Below are positions 28,764 through 38,615 of a stretch of 50,627 bases of DNA, piece by piece. The notes under the pieces were generated by a model. The model had not been told where the DNA came from. It saw only the letters and a list, made by a program, of their open reading frames with translations, and did no database searches. How positions within the stretch are numbered: the stretch's first letter is position 1; every line of letters begins with the position of its first letter. The stretch comes from an uncultured Clostridia bacterium. Lineage in GTDB: Bacteria; Bacillota; Clostridia; TANB77; CAG-508. The stretch lies in assembly GCA_947628835.1 (NCBI GenBank), contig CANRBL010000006.1, positions 1-50,627 of the forward strand, given 5' to 3'. The position numbers were made by a program, and so were the translations under genes.

Positions 28764-29876
28764 ATGGATATACATAATGAAGTTTACGAAAAAGCAATTA
28801 TTTTAGCTGTAAAATTAGTTCCATATAAAGAAATAGAGAGGAGAACAGGAGTTTATTGTCCTCAAATACCAAACATATTAAAAAGAGAAAATCATTTTGA
28901 TGAATTGGTTAAGAATCAAACGCAAGTAAGAAAAATGTTAATGATGGGAGAAGATCCTAAAAATATTGCACATCAATTAGAGTTAGATGAAGAAGGAGTA
29001 CAACAATTTGCAGAAAAGGAAGTAAATAAGCAGATAAAAAATCATAAAAAGAAATGTGCGATAGATAGAGATTTGAGTAATAGAGATTTAATAACAAAGG
29101 AAGAGATAATAGAACTTAGTAAATATTATGAAGTGTATCCTCAGCAAATTGAAAAAATTTATAATAGAAAGCATAAAATAGAAAAAAATAAAGAGGGAGA
29201 AATTTGCGAAATGTCAAATAATCAAAAAAGTAATGAAAAAATATCAAAAATAAAAATTATGAGAAATAATTTAAAAAAATTAAAACAAAGAAATAATACT
29301 GTTATAGAAAGTGAATGTGAGTATCCAGAAGATTTAAAAATGGTAGCAATGAATGTAATGAAAGATGATATTGATATAGAACAAGCTAAAAGTATAATAA
29401 AAGGTAGAAAAGTGCAATTCAAAACATATATGAAAGATTATATGCAAGTTTATATAAGAGAGGCTAATAAAAATATTTTAGTAGAAAATTTGAAAAATAT
29501 AATGGGAAATTATCAGGAGGCATTAGATATTGTGCTTCAAATGTGTGTTAATAGGCAAATGTTAAAAACAGCCAATAGTTTAGTACAAGTGTATGAAATT
29601 ATAAATGGAAGCAAAGATAAACAAATGAAAGAATTTTATCAAAAATGGAAAAATAAAATAAAAGTGTCAAATGCACAAATAAAAATTGGGTTAAAAGTAA
29701 AGGAAATATTAAATGATACACAAAAATACGATAATGAGAATGGAGATATTGAATTAGAAAAAATAGAATCTATTATAGATAAATATAAAATAGATAGAAG
29801 TCAAATTATTATTGAAGAAGATAGAAATGGAGTAAATATAACTTTAGAAGATATATTAGATGAAAAAGAAAAGTAA
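28764..29876 (+). CDS. Orphan multi-HTH protein, paralogue 1 (370 aa)
   Basis: RBS aaggagg. Repeated HTH-like units (VPYKEIERRTGVYCPQIPNILKR, PKNIAHQLELDEEGVQQF, IIELSKYYEVYPQQIEKIYNRKH). The C-terminal domain from CEYPEDLK to DRNGVNITLEDIL is shared with the next gene. Confidence 0.7.
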   Translation: MDIHNEVYEKAIILAVKLVPYKEIERRTGVYCPQIPNILKRENHFDELVKNQTQVRKMLMMGEDPKNIAHQLELDEEGVQQFAEKEVNKQIKNHKKKCAIDRDLSNRDLITKEEIIELSKYYEVYPQQIEKIYNRKHKIEKNKEGEICEMSNNQKSNEKISKIKIMRNNLKKLKQRNNTVIESECEYPEDLKMVAMNVMKDDIDIEQAKSIIKGRKVQFKTYMKDYMQVYIREANKNILVENLKNIMGNYQEALDIVLQMCVNRQMLKTANSLVQVYEIINGSKDKQMKEFYQKWKNKIKVSNAQIKIGLKVKEILNDTQKYDNENGDIELEKIESIIDKYKIDRSQIIIEEDRNGVNITLEDILDEKEK

Positions 29877-29889
29877 AAGGAGTAAATTT

Positions 29890-31284
29890 ATGGATGATGA
29901 GGTAATAAGATTAGCATTGATGTTAACGCCTAAGGATGAGATTGCAAAAAAATGTAATATTAATAAGGGAATGATAGTAAGAATATTAAAACGAAATGAA
30001 TGTTTAGAAATATATAATAAAATTATTCAAACTGTGCAAGATATGTTAATAAATGGCATAACAGCAGAAGAAATTGCAAGTAAATTAAATTTGAATATTC
30101 AAGGAATAAAAGAAATTGAAGAAAAAGTGAAAAGTCAAAGTATAGAAAATAATTTAAGAATGGAAATAAGAAAAGCTTTAATATATGGTAAAAATGTGCA
30201 AGAAGTAGCTGAGAAATATCATATACATCCATATCAAATAGAAAAAATAAAACAAAGACATATAAAATTAATTCAAATAATGCAATTAATGCCGTATGAA
30301 TTAATTGATATGTCAGTAGAACAAATAGATGCAACTATTCATCAATGGGCTTGGAGAGATATATTAGAAAAAAAGAAAAAAGTTGTTAAGAAATTGTTAG
30401 AAGAAGGTTATACTGTAGATGATATAGTCAATAATCGTGAATTAAATGTATGCAAAAAAGGTGTAGAAGCTATTAAAGAAGGACGATATGACCAAGTAGC
30501 GATAATAAGACCACTAAGAAGTAAAATAAGCAAAGGTGAAGAAAAAAAGGAAATTGTACAAAACAATGAACAGATAAACACTGAAACATCAGTGCAACAA
30601 TGTGAAAAAGTAGGAAAAAGAGAAAATAGTAAGGATAAAAAGGTAGAAAATAAAACAATATTACAAAGATTTTCAGAATTAAAACAAAGAAAAAATGGTA
30701 ATTTTAGTATAAATGAAAATAAACAATGTGAATATCCAGATGATATAAAAAAAATTGCAATGGATTTGACAAGTAAGCAAATAAATATAGAGGAAACCAA
30801 AAGAAAAATTGGAGAAAGAAAAGTTCAGTTAAAGTTATGTATAATAGATTATATGCAATACTCTCTTAATCCAGAAAAAATGAGAATTTTAGTAGAAAAT
30901 TTAATGAATATAATGGATAGCTCTGATATGGTTTTAGAAACAATTTTACAAATATATTGGAATAGAGGAGATATTGATGTGGCTAAAAAAATATTAGAAG
31001 GAAATTATGTTATTATAGATAAATTTAAATTTTATGAGGAATGGGAACAAAAAGTAACGAAGCAATTAGAAATACAAGAGAAAATTATTGAAATATTGAC
31101 AAATAGAAGAAAATATAATAGTGAAAATGAAAATAATTTAGGAACATTGATATTAAAAATAGTGAAGGAAAATAATGCTGATATAACTAAAGTGGTTATT
31201 GCTAAAGATAGAAATGGAAAAAATATTACTTTGGACGAATTATTAGTTCCATTGGGACTTGTTGAAGAAGAAAAAATGCATTAG
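29890..31284 (+). CDS. Orphan multi-HTH protein, paralogue 2 (about 464 aa)
   Basis: RBS aaggag 8 nt before ATG 29890 (MDDEVIRLALMLTPKDEIAKKCNINKGMIVRILKR). Further HTH-like units (ITAEEIASKLNLNIQGIKEI, VQEVAEKYHIHPYQIEKIKQRH, YTVDDIVNNRELNVCKKGVEAI). C-terminal domain runs CEYPDDIK...DRNGKNITLDELL. Confidence 0.7.
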   Translation: MDDEVIRLALMLTPKDEIAKKCNINKGMIVRILKRNECLEIYNKIIQTVQDMLINGITAEEIASKLNLNIQGIKEIEEKVKSQSIENNLRMEIRKALIYGKNVQEVAEKYHIHPYQIEKIKQRHIKLIQIMQLMPYELIDMSVEQIDATIHQWAWRDILEKKKKVVKKLLEEGYTVDDIVNNRELNVCKKGVEAIKEGRYDQVAIIRPLRSKISKGEEKKEIVQNNEQINTETSVQQCEKVGKRENSKDKKVENKTILQRFSELKQRKNGNFSINENKQCEYPDDIKKIAMDLTSKQINIEETKRKIGERKVQLKLCIIDYMQYSLNPEKMRILVENLMNIMDSSDMVLETILQIYWNRGDIDVAKKILEGNYVIIDKFKFYEEWEQKVTKQLEIQEKIIEILTNRRKYNSENENNLGTLILKIVKENNADITKVVIAKDRNGKNITLDELLVPLGLVEEEKMH

Positions 31285-31347
31285 TTAATTGTGTTCAATT
31301 GCTTAGAAATTCTGTATGTGAATTTTAAATGTAATAAAAATTTCAAC

Positions 31348-31444
31348 GGTCATTTATGGTCATTAAAAAAATCTTTAACAGGTCATAAAAAAAGTGTTGA
31401 TATTTTATGTTAATTAATGTATAATAATAATGCATAAGTGCATT
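31348..31444 (+). promoter_or_regulatory. Promoter with upstream direct repeats and an operator-like palindrome
   Basis: ggtcat at 31348, 31358 and 31381. ttgata (31397-31402), 17 nt, tataat (31420-31425). Palindrome aatgca-taag-tgcatt at 31429-31444. Confidence 0.5.
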
Positions 31445-31508
31445 GTACTATGATTATGAATTTAAATCATAGGCTAAAAGATGTGATGATATAGAAGGAG
31501 GAATGAAT

Positions 31509-32561
31509 ATGAAGAAAAAAAGTATCTTTTTGTCATTAATAATTGTTCTGTTAGGGGCTTTAGTGCTAGTTTGTCGGCAGATGACAGGAGTTTCAGAAGA
31601 AAACGCATCAGAGGAATCAGTCGTTTCAGAAGAAAACGCATCAGAGCAGTCAGCGGTTTCAGAAGAAAATGCAACAAAGGAATCCAAGGTTGCAAAAAAA
31701 TTACCGAGAGATTCGAAAGTTTTCTTGAGTTACACAAAAAATTATAAAGTATATCGAAAGAAAAACACTTTCTTTTTCTGCTATAAAGAGAAGGTGTTGG
31801 ATAAAGTGAAACTAGAAGAAAAAATTATTAGCAATAAGGCCTATACATATGAGCCTTACTGCTATTCATCGGCAGGAAGCCTATATATGATTCAGTCAGT
31901 ACCAAAACCACCTAAACTGGATTTTATAAAGGTTGCCGAAGGAGTAGATATTGTGGGAAACATTGATTACTTTTATGTAAAGGAAGATGATTCATATATT
32001 AAAGGTCTTCCTGTGTGCTATAATGAAAAAGAGAAAATATATTTTTTCATTAAGCCACAATCCAGCAAGGCATATTCAGAATATGCAGAATGGTGGGTTG
32101 AAGAAAAAGGGACACAATATGATAACAGATTTCTCTCAATCGAATTTGACATTAATAATATTTTGGTCAAATTTGATACGCATAATGACAGACTTCATTG
32201 GGAACCATCTTGCTTTTTGTCTTATAAAGGCAAAAAAGTTGAAATAGAGGATTTCCCTAGTAATTGGCTAGAAATTTCCAATAATTTTCTGAACGAAATA
32301 ATTTCTGATACAGATAAAAAGGCATATAAAATTTTATCTGGATATAAGAAATATGTTCCGTATCAGAAATCTGGTCAGCATATGAAAAATATCCAAAATT
32401 TTTTGAATCGGTGGGAGAAAAAAAACACTAAGAAGATTATAAAATTTTACGAAAAGGATCCCTATGAACTCAAAAGCGATTGGGATTTGAAGAACGGCGT
32501 GAGAAAATGGTGTAAAAAGCACCCAAAAGCACTTAAGAAGCTAGTAACCACAATGGGGTAG
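31509..32561 (+). CDS. Secreted or membrane-anchored orphan protein with an 11-aa x3 repeat
   Basis: RBS aggagg 7 nt before ATG 31509. Signal-anchor KKKSIFLSLIIVLLGALVLVC, then VSEENASEESV VSEENASEQSA VSEENATKESK. Visibly higher G+C than neighbouring genes. Confidence 0.7.
   Translation: MKKKSIFLSLIIVLLGALVLVCRQMTGVSEENASEESVVSEENASEQSAVSEENATKESKVAKKLPRDSKVFLSYTKNYKVYRKKNTFFFCYKEKVLDKVKLEEKIISNKAYTYEPYCYSSAGSLYMIQSVPKPPKLDFIKVAEGVDIVGNIDYFYVKEDDSYIKGLPVCYNEKEKIYFFIKPQSSKAYSEYAEWWVEEKGTQYDNRFLSIEFDINNILVKFDTHNDRLHWEPSCFLSYKGKKVEIEDFPSNWLEISNNFLNEIISDTDKKAYKILSGYKKYVPYQKSGQHMKNIQNFLNRWEKKNTKKIIKFYEKDPYELKSDWDLKNGVRKWCKKHPKALKKLVTTMG
31590..31688 (+). repeat. 33-bp x3 in-frame tandem repeat
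   Basis: gtttcagaagaaaacgcatcagaggaatcagtc / gtttcagaagaaaacgcatcagagcagtcagcg / gtttcagaagaaaatgcaacaaaggaatccaag. Confidence 0.9.
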
Positions 32562-32800
32562 TACTTTTTAAATGAATATGAAGAAGATTAAGGAGAGTAA
32601 AAATTTATCACATCTTTGCAAGGAGTCTGCTGTAAAAAGCAGGCTTTTTGTATTATTATCATTATGAATATATCAATTAAATAGGAAGAAACAATCCATA
32701 TCAAGATGGACATAATTTAGTAGTAATTAAAAAGTAAAAAAACAAAAAAATGCTTTAAGTATGTTTTCCAGAAACTTGCAGGCAAATTTATGAAAACTGT

Positions 32801-33055
32801 GTTACAAGTTAATGGTTTTATATAAAAATAGTTATAAAAGCATAGAAATATAAGAATTTGAATGAAATGACGAATGTGATTGGAAAAGCTTTAGAAATTC
32901 TATGCAATTTTATGGAAATAGTTCGCGTTGAGTGAAAGGGTGCCATAAAATAAGTTAGAATTTCTTAAGCTTTGTAATGAGCCGAGGAATGTAATGAAAA
33001 TCTTATATTTCTATGCTTTTAGAAATTTATCCTTTTAAAACCATTAACCTGTAAC
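32801..33055 (-). repeat. Family-A modular palindromic element, full copy in inverted orientation
   Basis: gttacaagttaatggtttt ... aaaaccattaacctgtaac. Reverse complement is collinear with 21901-22155. Confidence 0.9.
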
Positions 33056-33083
33056 TGTTCAATTATTTTAAATAAAACCAATA

Positions 33084-33124
33084 TTGACAAAAATAAATAA
33101 ATTTAATATAATACACTGTGTCGA
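33084..33124 (+). promoter_or_regulatory. Consensus sigma-A promoter of ppaC with a downstream Spo0A-box-like heptamer
   Basis: ttgaca (33084-33089), 17 nt, tataat (33107-33112). tgtcgaa at 33118-33124. Confidence 0.5.
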
Positions 33125-33151
33125 AAAAATAAGGAAAGGAAAGAAATAAAA

Positions 33152-34066
33152 ATGGATAAAATACTAGTATTTGGACACAAAAATCCAGACACAGATACAA
33201 TATGTTCAGCAATAGTAATGGAAGAAATACAAAATAAGATGGGATTAAATGTAGAGGCAGTTAGATTAGGCGAAATAAATAAAGAAACGGAATATGTATT
33301 AAATTATTTTAATGTAAAAGTGCCAAGATTAATTGAAAAAGTAGATGAAGGTCAAGAAGTAATGTTAGTAGATCATAATGAATTTAATCAAAGTGTAGAT
33401 GGAATTGAAAATGCAAAAATAACAATGGTAATAGATCATCACAAAATAAATAATTTCTCTACAAAAGAGCCATTAATGTATTATGCAGAGCCAATAGGTT
33501 GTACAGCGACAGCCATATATAAATTATGCATAGTCAATAATGAAGAAATATCAAAAAAAATGGCAGAATTAATGTTAAGTGCTATAATATCAGACACATT
33601 ATTATTTAAATCACCAACAACAACTCCTTGGGATAAAAAAGCGGCAGAAGAATTGGCAAAAATAGCAGAAATAGATATTGAAAGTTTTGGACTTGAAATG
33701 TTAAAAGCAGGAACAAATTTAGACGAATATTCAGAAGAACAATTAATAAATATTGATGCAAAAAAGTTTGAAAAAAATGGAGTAAATTATATTATTGCAC
33801 AAGTAAATACGGTAAGTATAGAAGATGTTTTAAAAAGACAGCAAGAAATAGAAAAAGCGATAAATAAATGCATAGAAGAAAATAAATTAGATTTATTTAT
33901 ATTTACAATAACAGATATATTAAATTGCAATTCTGAAATTATAGCATTAGGAAATAGAATAGATATAGTAGAAAAAGAATATAAATTAGAAAATAATAGA
34001 GCATATTTAGAAGGAGTTGTTTCAAGAAAGAAACAATTGGCACCAATGATTGAAAAGAATATATAA
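33152..34066 (+). CDS. ppaC: Manganese-dependent inorganic pyrophosphatase (family II, DHH)
   Basis: DHH motifs HKNPDTDTICSAI, MLVDHNE, VIDHHK, SDTLLFKSPTTT. Confidence 0.93.
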   Translation: MDKILVFGHKNPDTDTICSAIVMEEIQNKMGLNVEAVRLGEINKETEYVLNYFNVKVPRLIEKVDEGQEVMLVDHNEFNQSVDGIENAKITMVIDHHKINNFSTKEPLMYYAEPIGCTATAIYKLCIVNNEEISKKMAELMLSAIISDTLLFKSPTTTPWDKKAAEELAKIAEIDIESFGLEMLKAGTNLDEYSEEQLINIDAKKFEKNGVNYIIAQVNTVSIEDVLKRQQEIEKAINKCIEENKLDLFIFTITDILNCNSEIIALGNRIDIVEKEYKLENNRAYLEGVVSRKKQLAPMIEKNI

Positions 34067-34099
34067 ATTGCAATAAAAGAAAGGAATGTTAAATTTTAA

Positions 34100-35749
34100 A
34101 TGAAAAAAATAAAAAAAGCAATTTTATCTATGGGAATGGTAGGAATAATAGGAGTAATGCAATGTGCTACTAATTCTTATGCTACAACAAAAGGTATAGT
34201 AACAGTAGAAACAATAAGATTAAGGAGTGAAGCTTCTACAAGTTCATCAATAATAGAATTGCTATCACAAGATGATGAAGTAGAAATTATTGAAGATTTA
34301 GGTAGTTGGTATAAAGTAAAATATGATGGAAAAACAGGATATCTAAATAAAAAATATGTAAAAACAGAAGAAAACAATGAAAAAGAAGAAAATAAAACTT
34401 CTGAAAGTGAAAAATCAAATACTACAAAAAATGAAGAAACTAATAATGTAACAAATACTTCAAGTAGTAGTGAAACAACAGAAAATACAAGCGTAAATAA
34501 TAATTCTGAAAGTACGAATACAACAACACAAAATGATGTAAATGCAGAAGAAGATAATATTATTCAAAGTGAAAGTACAAATACAGAAATACAAGAACAA
34601 GATACTACTAATAATTACATTGAAAATGATGTAACAAAAGACATTAAAGAAAGAGTATTTTCAAAATCAGAAAATGTAGAACTTATAAATGATGTTAAAG
34701 TAAGAATTTTGCCATTAATAAATTCAAGTAGTATAGATACAATAAAGAAAAATACAACAGTAAAAATATCTGAAGTTATTAATAAATGGTGTTATATTGA
34801 ATCACAAGAAAATACAGGTTGGGTATCATGTACAGAATTGAACAATTCAATAAAATCAGAAAATAATAATGAAAGTGGTGTAGTAGGAGCTGAAAATGAA
34901 AGTACAGAAAATCAAGAAAATGTAGAAAATCGTACAGAAAATTCAGAAAATACAGTATCAGAAGAAGAAGCAACTACAAAAAACACTTCAGAAGAAAATG
35001 TAACAACTGAAAATACAGCAACTGAAAATAAAGTATCAGATACAAGCTCAGATGATAAAAAAGAAACATCTTTAAAAGAAATGAACAAAACTGGATATGT
35101 AAATGTGGGAACTGTTAATGTTAGAACTAAACCAGACATTTCATCTGATGTGGTTGATTGTTTATCACAAAATTCAAAAGTAACTGTATTAGGTGAAATA
35201 GATTCATGGTATAAAATAAAAACGAATTCACTTGAAGGGTATATTGCATCAAAATATATTTCAGATAAAAAGGTAGAAGAAACAACATCAAGAAGTGCAA
35301 CAAAAGCAAGAGAAAGTGAAATTACTGATAGTGAAGAAACTACATCAAATGATGAAGCAAATACTTCTGGAACATCAGGAAGTGGTGTCGTATCTTATGC
35401 TAAACAATATTTAGGATACAAATATGTATCTGGAGGAGCATCACCTTCAAAAGGGTTTGATTGTTCTGGATTTACATCTTATGTATATAAACATTTTGGA
35501 ATATCATTAAATAGAACTTCATCAGCACAATCTTCAAATGGTACAGCAGTATCAAAAGCAAGTTTACAACAAGGAGATTTAGTATTATTTAAAGGAAGTT
35601 CTGGCTCATCAATTGGTCATGTAGGAATTTATATAGGGGGAAATCAATTTATACATGCAGCAACTCCTTCAAAAGGTGTAATTATATCATCTTTATCTGA
35701 AAAATATTATTCAACAAGATACGTAACAGCAAGAAGAATTTTACAATAA
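34100..35749 (+). CDS. Secreted SH3b-repeat NlpC/P60 (C40) cell-wall hydrolase
   Basis: Signal peptide. Three SH3b-like units (WYKVKYDGKTGYLNKKYV, WCYIESQENTGWVSCTEL, WYKIKTNSLEGYIASKYI) separated by N/E/T/S-rich linkers. Catalytic GFDCSGF and GHVGIY. Confidence 0.9.
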   Translation: MKKIKKAILSMGMVGIIGVMQCATNSYATTKGIVTVETIRLRSEASTSSSIIELLSQDDEVEIIEDLGSWYKVKYDGKTGYLNKKYVKTEENNEKEENKTSESEKSNTTKNEETNNVTNTSSSSETTENTSVNNNSESTNTTTQNDVNAEEDNIIQSESTNTEIQEQDTTNNYIENDVTKDIKERVFSKSENVELINDVKVRILPLINSSSIDTIKKNTTVKISEVINKWCYIESQENTGWVSCTELNNSIKSENNNESGVVGAENESTENQENVENRTENSENTVSEEEATTKNTSEENVTTENTATENKVSDTSSDDKKETSLKEMNKTGYVNVGTVNVRTKPDISSDVVDCLSQNSKVTVLGEIDSWYKIKTNSLEGYIASKYISDKKVEETTSRSATKARESEITDSEETTSNDEANTSGTSGSGVVSYAKQYLGYKYVSGGASPSKGFDCSGFTSYVYKHFGISLNRTSSAQSSNGTAVSKASLQQGDLVLFKGSSGSSIGHVGIYIGGNQFIHAATPSKGVIISSLSEKYYSTRYVTARRILQ

Positions 35750-35841
35750 GTAAAGTTATTAGTTTATAATTGATGAAAATAATATAATTTTTATCTAAAC
35801 TAGATATAATGAACTTTAACTAAAATAAAAAAGGAGTAATT

Positions 35842-38380
35842 TTGAAAAGACCAATATTAATAATAACATTAGGATATATATTAGGAATTTTAATGGGGCT
35901 ATACTGTAATAAAAGTATAGTCCCTCTGTATATTATTTTAGTATTTATATATTTTTGTATTCATTTATATCGAAAAAGTATATTTAATGCAGCATTAAAA
36001 AAAGATAATACAATTAATCAAAAAGCAAAAAAATTAAAATTGTTTTCAGTAAAAAGATATTTAAGATATTTAAAATTATTTCTAAAAAGAAGTGTATTAA
36101 TATTATTAATGATAGCTTCGATTATTTCAAATTTTCAAATTCAATACTTAAATAATAAATATAAAACTATATATCAAGAAAAAGACGTACAAATAGTAGC
36201 AACAATTGTGTGTAATAAGAAGGAAAATGAATATACAAATACATATAAGATAAAAGTAGAAAGTTTAAATAAAAATAGAAAATATGAAAAAATATATTTA
36301 TTCTTAAATACTAATAAAAATATAAATTTAGATTATGGTGATAAAATAGAAGTTATAGGAACATATAAAGAACCTGCTTCTCAAAGAAATTATAAAGGAT
36401 TTGATTATAAAGAATATTTGAAAACACAAAAGATATATGGAACAATAAATTCTAAAAATGTAAAGAAAATTAGAGAAAATAATTGTAGTATTATTATGAT
36501 GTTGTCAAATAATATTTTTTTAAATATTAAAAAAAATATAGAAAATTTATTTAAAAATGCGGAATTAAGTGATTTATTTTTAGGTATAATGCTTGGATAT
36601 ACTGAAAATATTGAAGAAGAAACAAAAAATAATTTTAAAAATAGTAGTATATCACATATTCTAGCAGTTTCGGGAATGCATATTTCATATATTATTTTAG
36701 GATTAACTTTAATATTAGAAAAAAGTATAGGAAAAAATAAAAATAGAATATTTATAATTTGTGTTTTAATAATATATATGTTTATAACAGGGTTTACTCC
36801 ATCTGTGGTTCGAGCGGGTTTTATGGCAATAATTACATTATTTTCAAAATTAATACATAGAAAAAATGATATTTGTGTAACAATGTCATTATCAATGCTT
36901 ATTTTATTAATATATAATCCATTTCTTATGAAAAGTACAAGTGTGTTATTATCTTTTGGAGGAACAATTGGAATTATATTGTTAAACCAAAATATAAAAA
37001 ATATGCTTCAAAATATAAAAAGAAAAGAAAAAATAGGTCAATTAAAAGTACAAGTAAAAAATGATAATAAATTAATTATAAAGATAAAAGAAATTTTATC
37101 TGTGTCAATATCTGCACAAATTTTTATATTACCAATTATGATTTTATATTTTAATACAGCAAGTATATCTTTTTTTATAACAAATTTATTTGTAAGTTTT
37201 ATAATAGGAATAATAGTAATAATGGGATTTATACTAATTCTTAGTTCATTTATTAATTTGCAATTAGCATTAATTATTTCATATATTTTAAAAATATTAA
37301 TTCAACTTTTAATATTTATTTCTAAAATTGGAAGTATGCTTCCTTTAAATAAAATTTATATAACAAGACCTAGTATTTTTTCAATAATAATTTATTATAT
37401 GTTAGTAATTTTATGTAATTATATTTATTCAATTCTAAAGTCAAATAAACTGACGGTATTTCAAACAAGAATAAAAAATTTATTAATTATTTTGAAATAT
37501 AAATTTCATAAAATGATTTTAAAAATAACGTTAATTATTATAATTATAAATATTGGAATAGTAATATTACCTCAAAATTTAAGAATGTATTTTATAGATG
37601 TGGGACAAGGTGATTCTACCTTAATAATAACTCCAAAGAATCATACTATTTTAGTAGATGGTGGGGGAAATACCAATACATCATTTGATGTAGGCGAAAA
37701 AACTTTAATACCGTATTTATTAGCTAGAAAAGTCAGAAAAATAGATTATATGATAATATCTCATTTTGACCAAGATCACGTTCGGTGGTTTGATTACAGT
37801 TTTACAGGAACTAAAAGTAAATAATGTTATTATAGGTAAGCAGTTTGAAAAAACGGAAAATTATGAAAAATTTTTGCAAATTGTAAAAGAAAATAAAATA
37901 AATGTCAAGGTTGTTGTTGCTGGTAATAGGATAAATATTGAAGATAATATATTTATTGATATATTGTGGCCTAAAATAGATAAAAAAGTTTCGGAAAATT
38001 CAATAAATAATAATGCTCTAGTTTGTAAATTAAATTTTGATGAATTCAAGGTCCTATTTACAGGGGATATTGAACAAGAAGCAGAAAAAATATTGGTTTC
38101 TAAATATCAATATAATAATATTTTAAAATCTAATATTTTAAAAGTTGCTCATCATGGCTCAAAAACATCTTCTACTAAAGAATTTTTAGAATTGGTAAAA
38201 CCTGAAATTTCGTTAATAGGGGTTGGAGAAAATAATACTTTTGGCCATCCTTCAAATAATACTTTAGAAAATTTAAAAAGCATTGGAAGTGATATTTTTA
38301 GAACTGATTGTAATGGAGAAATAAGTATTTATACAGATGGTAAAAAATATAGTGTAAAAGAAAAAATTAATACTAAATAA
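35842..38380 (+). pseudogene. comEC: ComEC/Rec2 DNA-uptake channel interrupted by a +1 frameshift in the metallo-beta-lactamase motif
   Basis: Polytopic competence domain plus MBL domain (FIDVGQGDST...ISHFDQDH). The frame changes at about 37780-37783: cac gtt c ggt ggt reads HVRW-stop in frame 1, while GGLITVLQ...KVAHHGSKTSS...FGHP continues in the other frame (track ORFs 35842-37824 and 37766-38380). Confidence 0.85.
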
Positions 38381-38615
38381 AGCTTTGTTATTGATTAGCT
38401 GTGATAAAAAATATTGTAATTATGACTAAATTAGGATTTACTTATAACAAAAATATTTGCAGGGTGTTGTAAAGTAAGTAAAAATATGGTAAAATTATTA
38501 TGTAAATGAAATGAGATTAGATAAATTATTTTGAATATGTTTAAATAATCTGACATTAATTACAGAACACTGTTGTTCTAAGGTTTAGTTATAATAAAAA
38601 GGGAGGATAGTAAAT

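Noticed and set aside
31454-31737. Two minus-strand ORFs (77 and 87 aa) with repeated SSETxDxSDAF-type sequence.
   Set aside because: They are the antisense reading of the 33-bp x3 repeat inside the 31509-32561 gene, so the apparent repeat protein is a mirror artefact.
31987-32247. Alternative-frame + strand ORF (86 aa) inside the 352-aa gene.
   Set aside because: It is embedded in a longer ORF and has no RBS. The 1256-1441 ORF inside pspA was rejected for the same reasons.
32572-32667. A 31-aa ORF (MNMKKIKESKNLSHLCKESAVKSRLFVLLSL) as a real gene.
   Set aside because: It has no RBS and its 3' half is the terminator hairpin. It is noted only as a possible remnant that duplicates the start of the upstream gene.
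14148-33055. The dispersed repeats as a CRISPR array.
   Set aside because: The copies are kilobases apart and are themselves long palindromes. There is no regular repeat-spacer periodicity and no cas genes.
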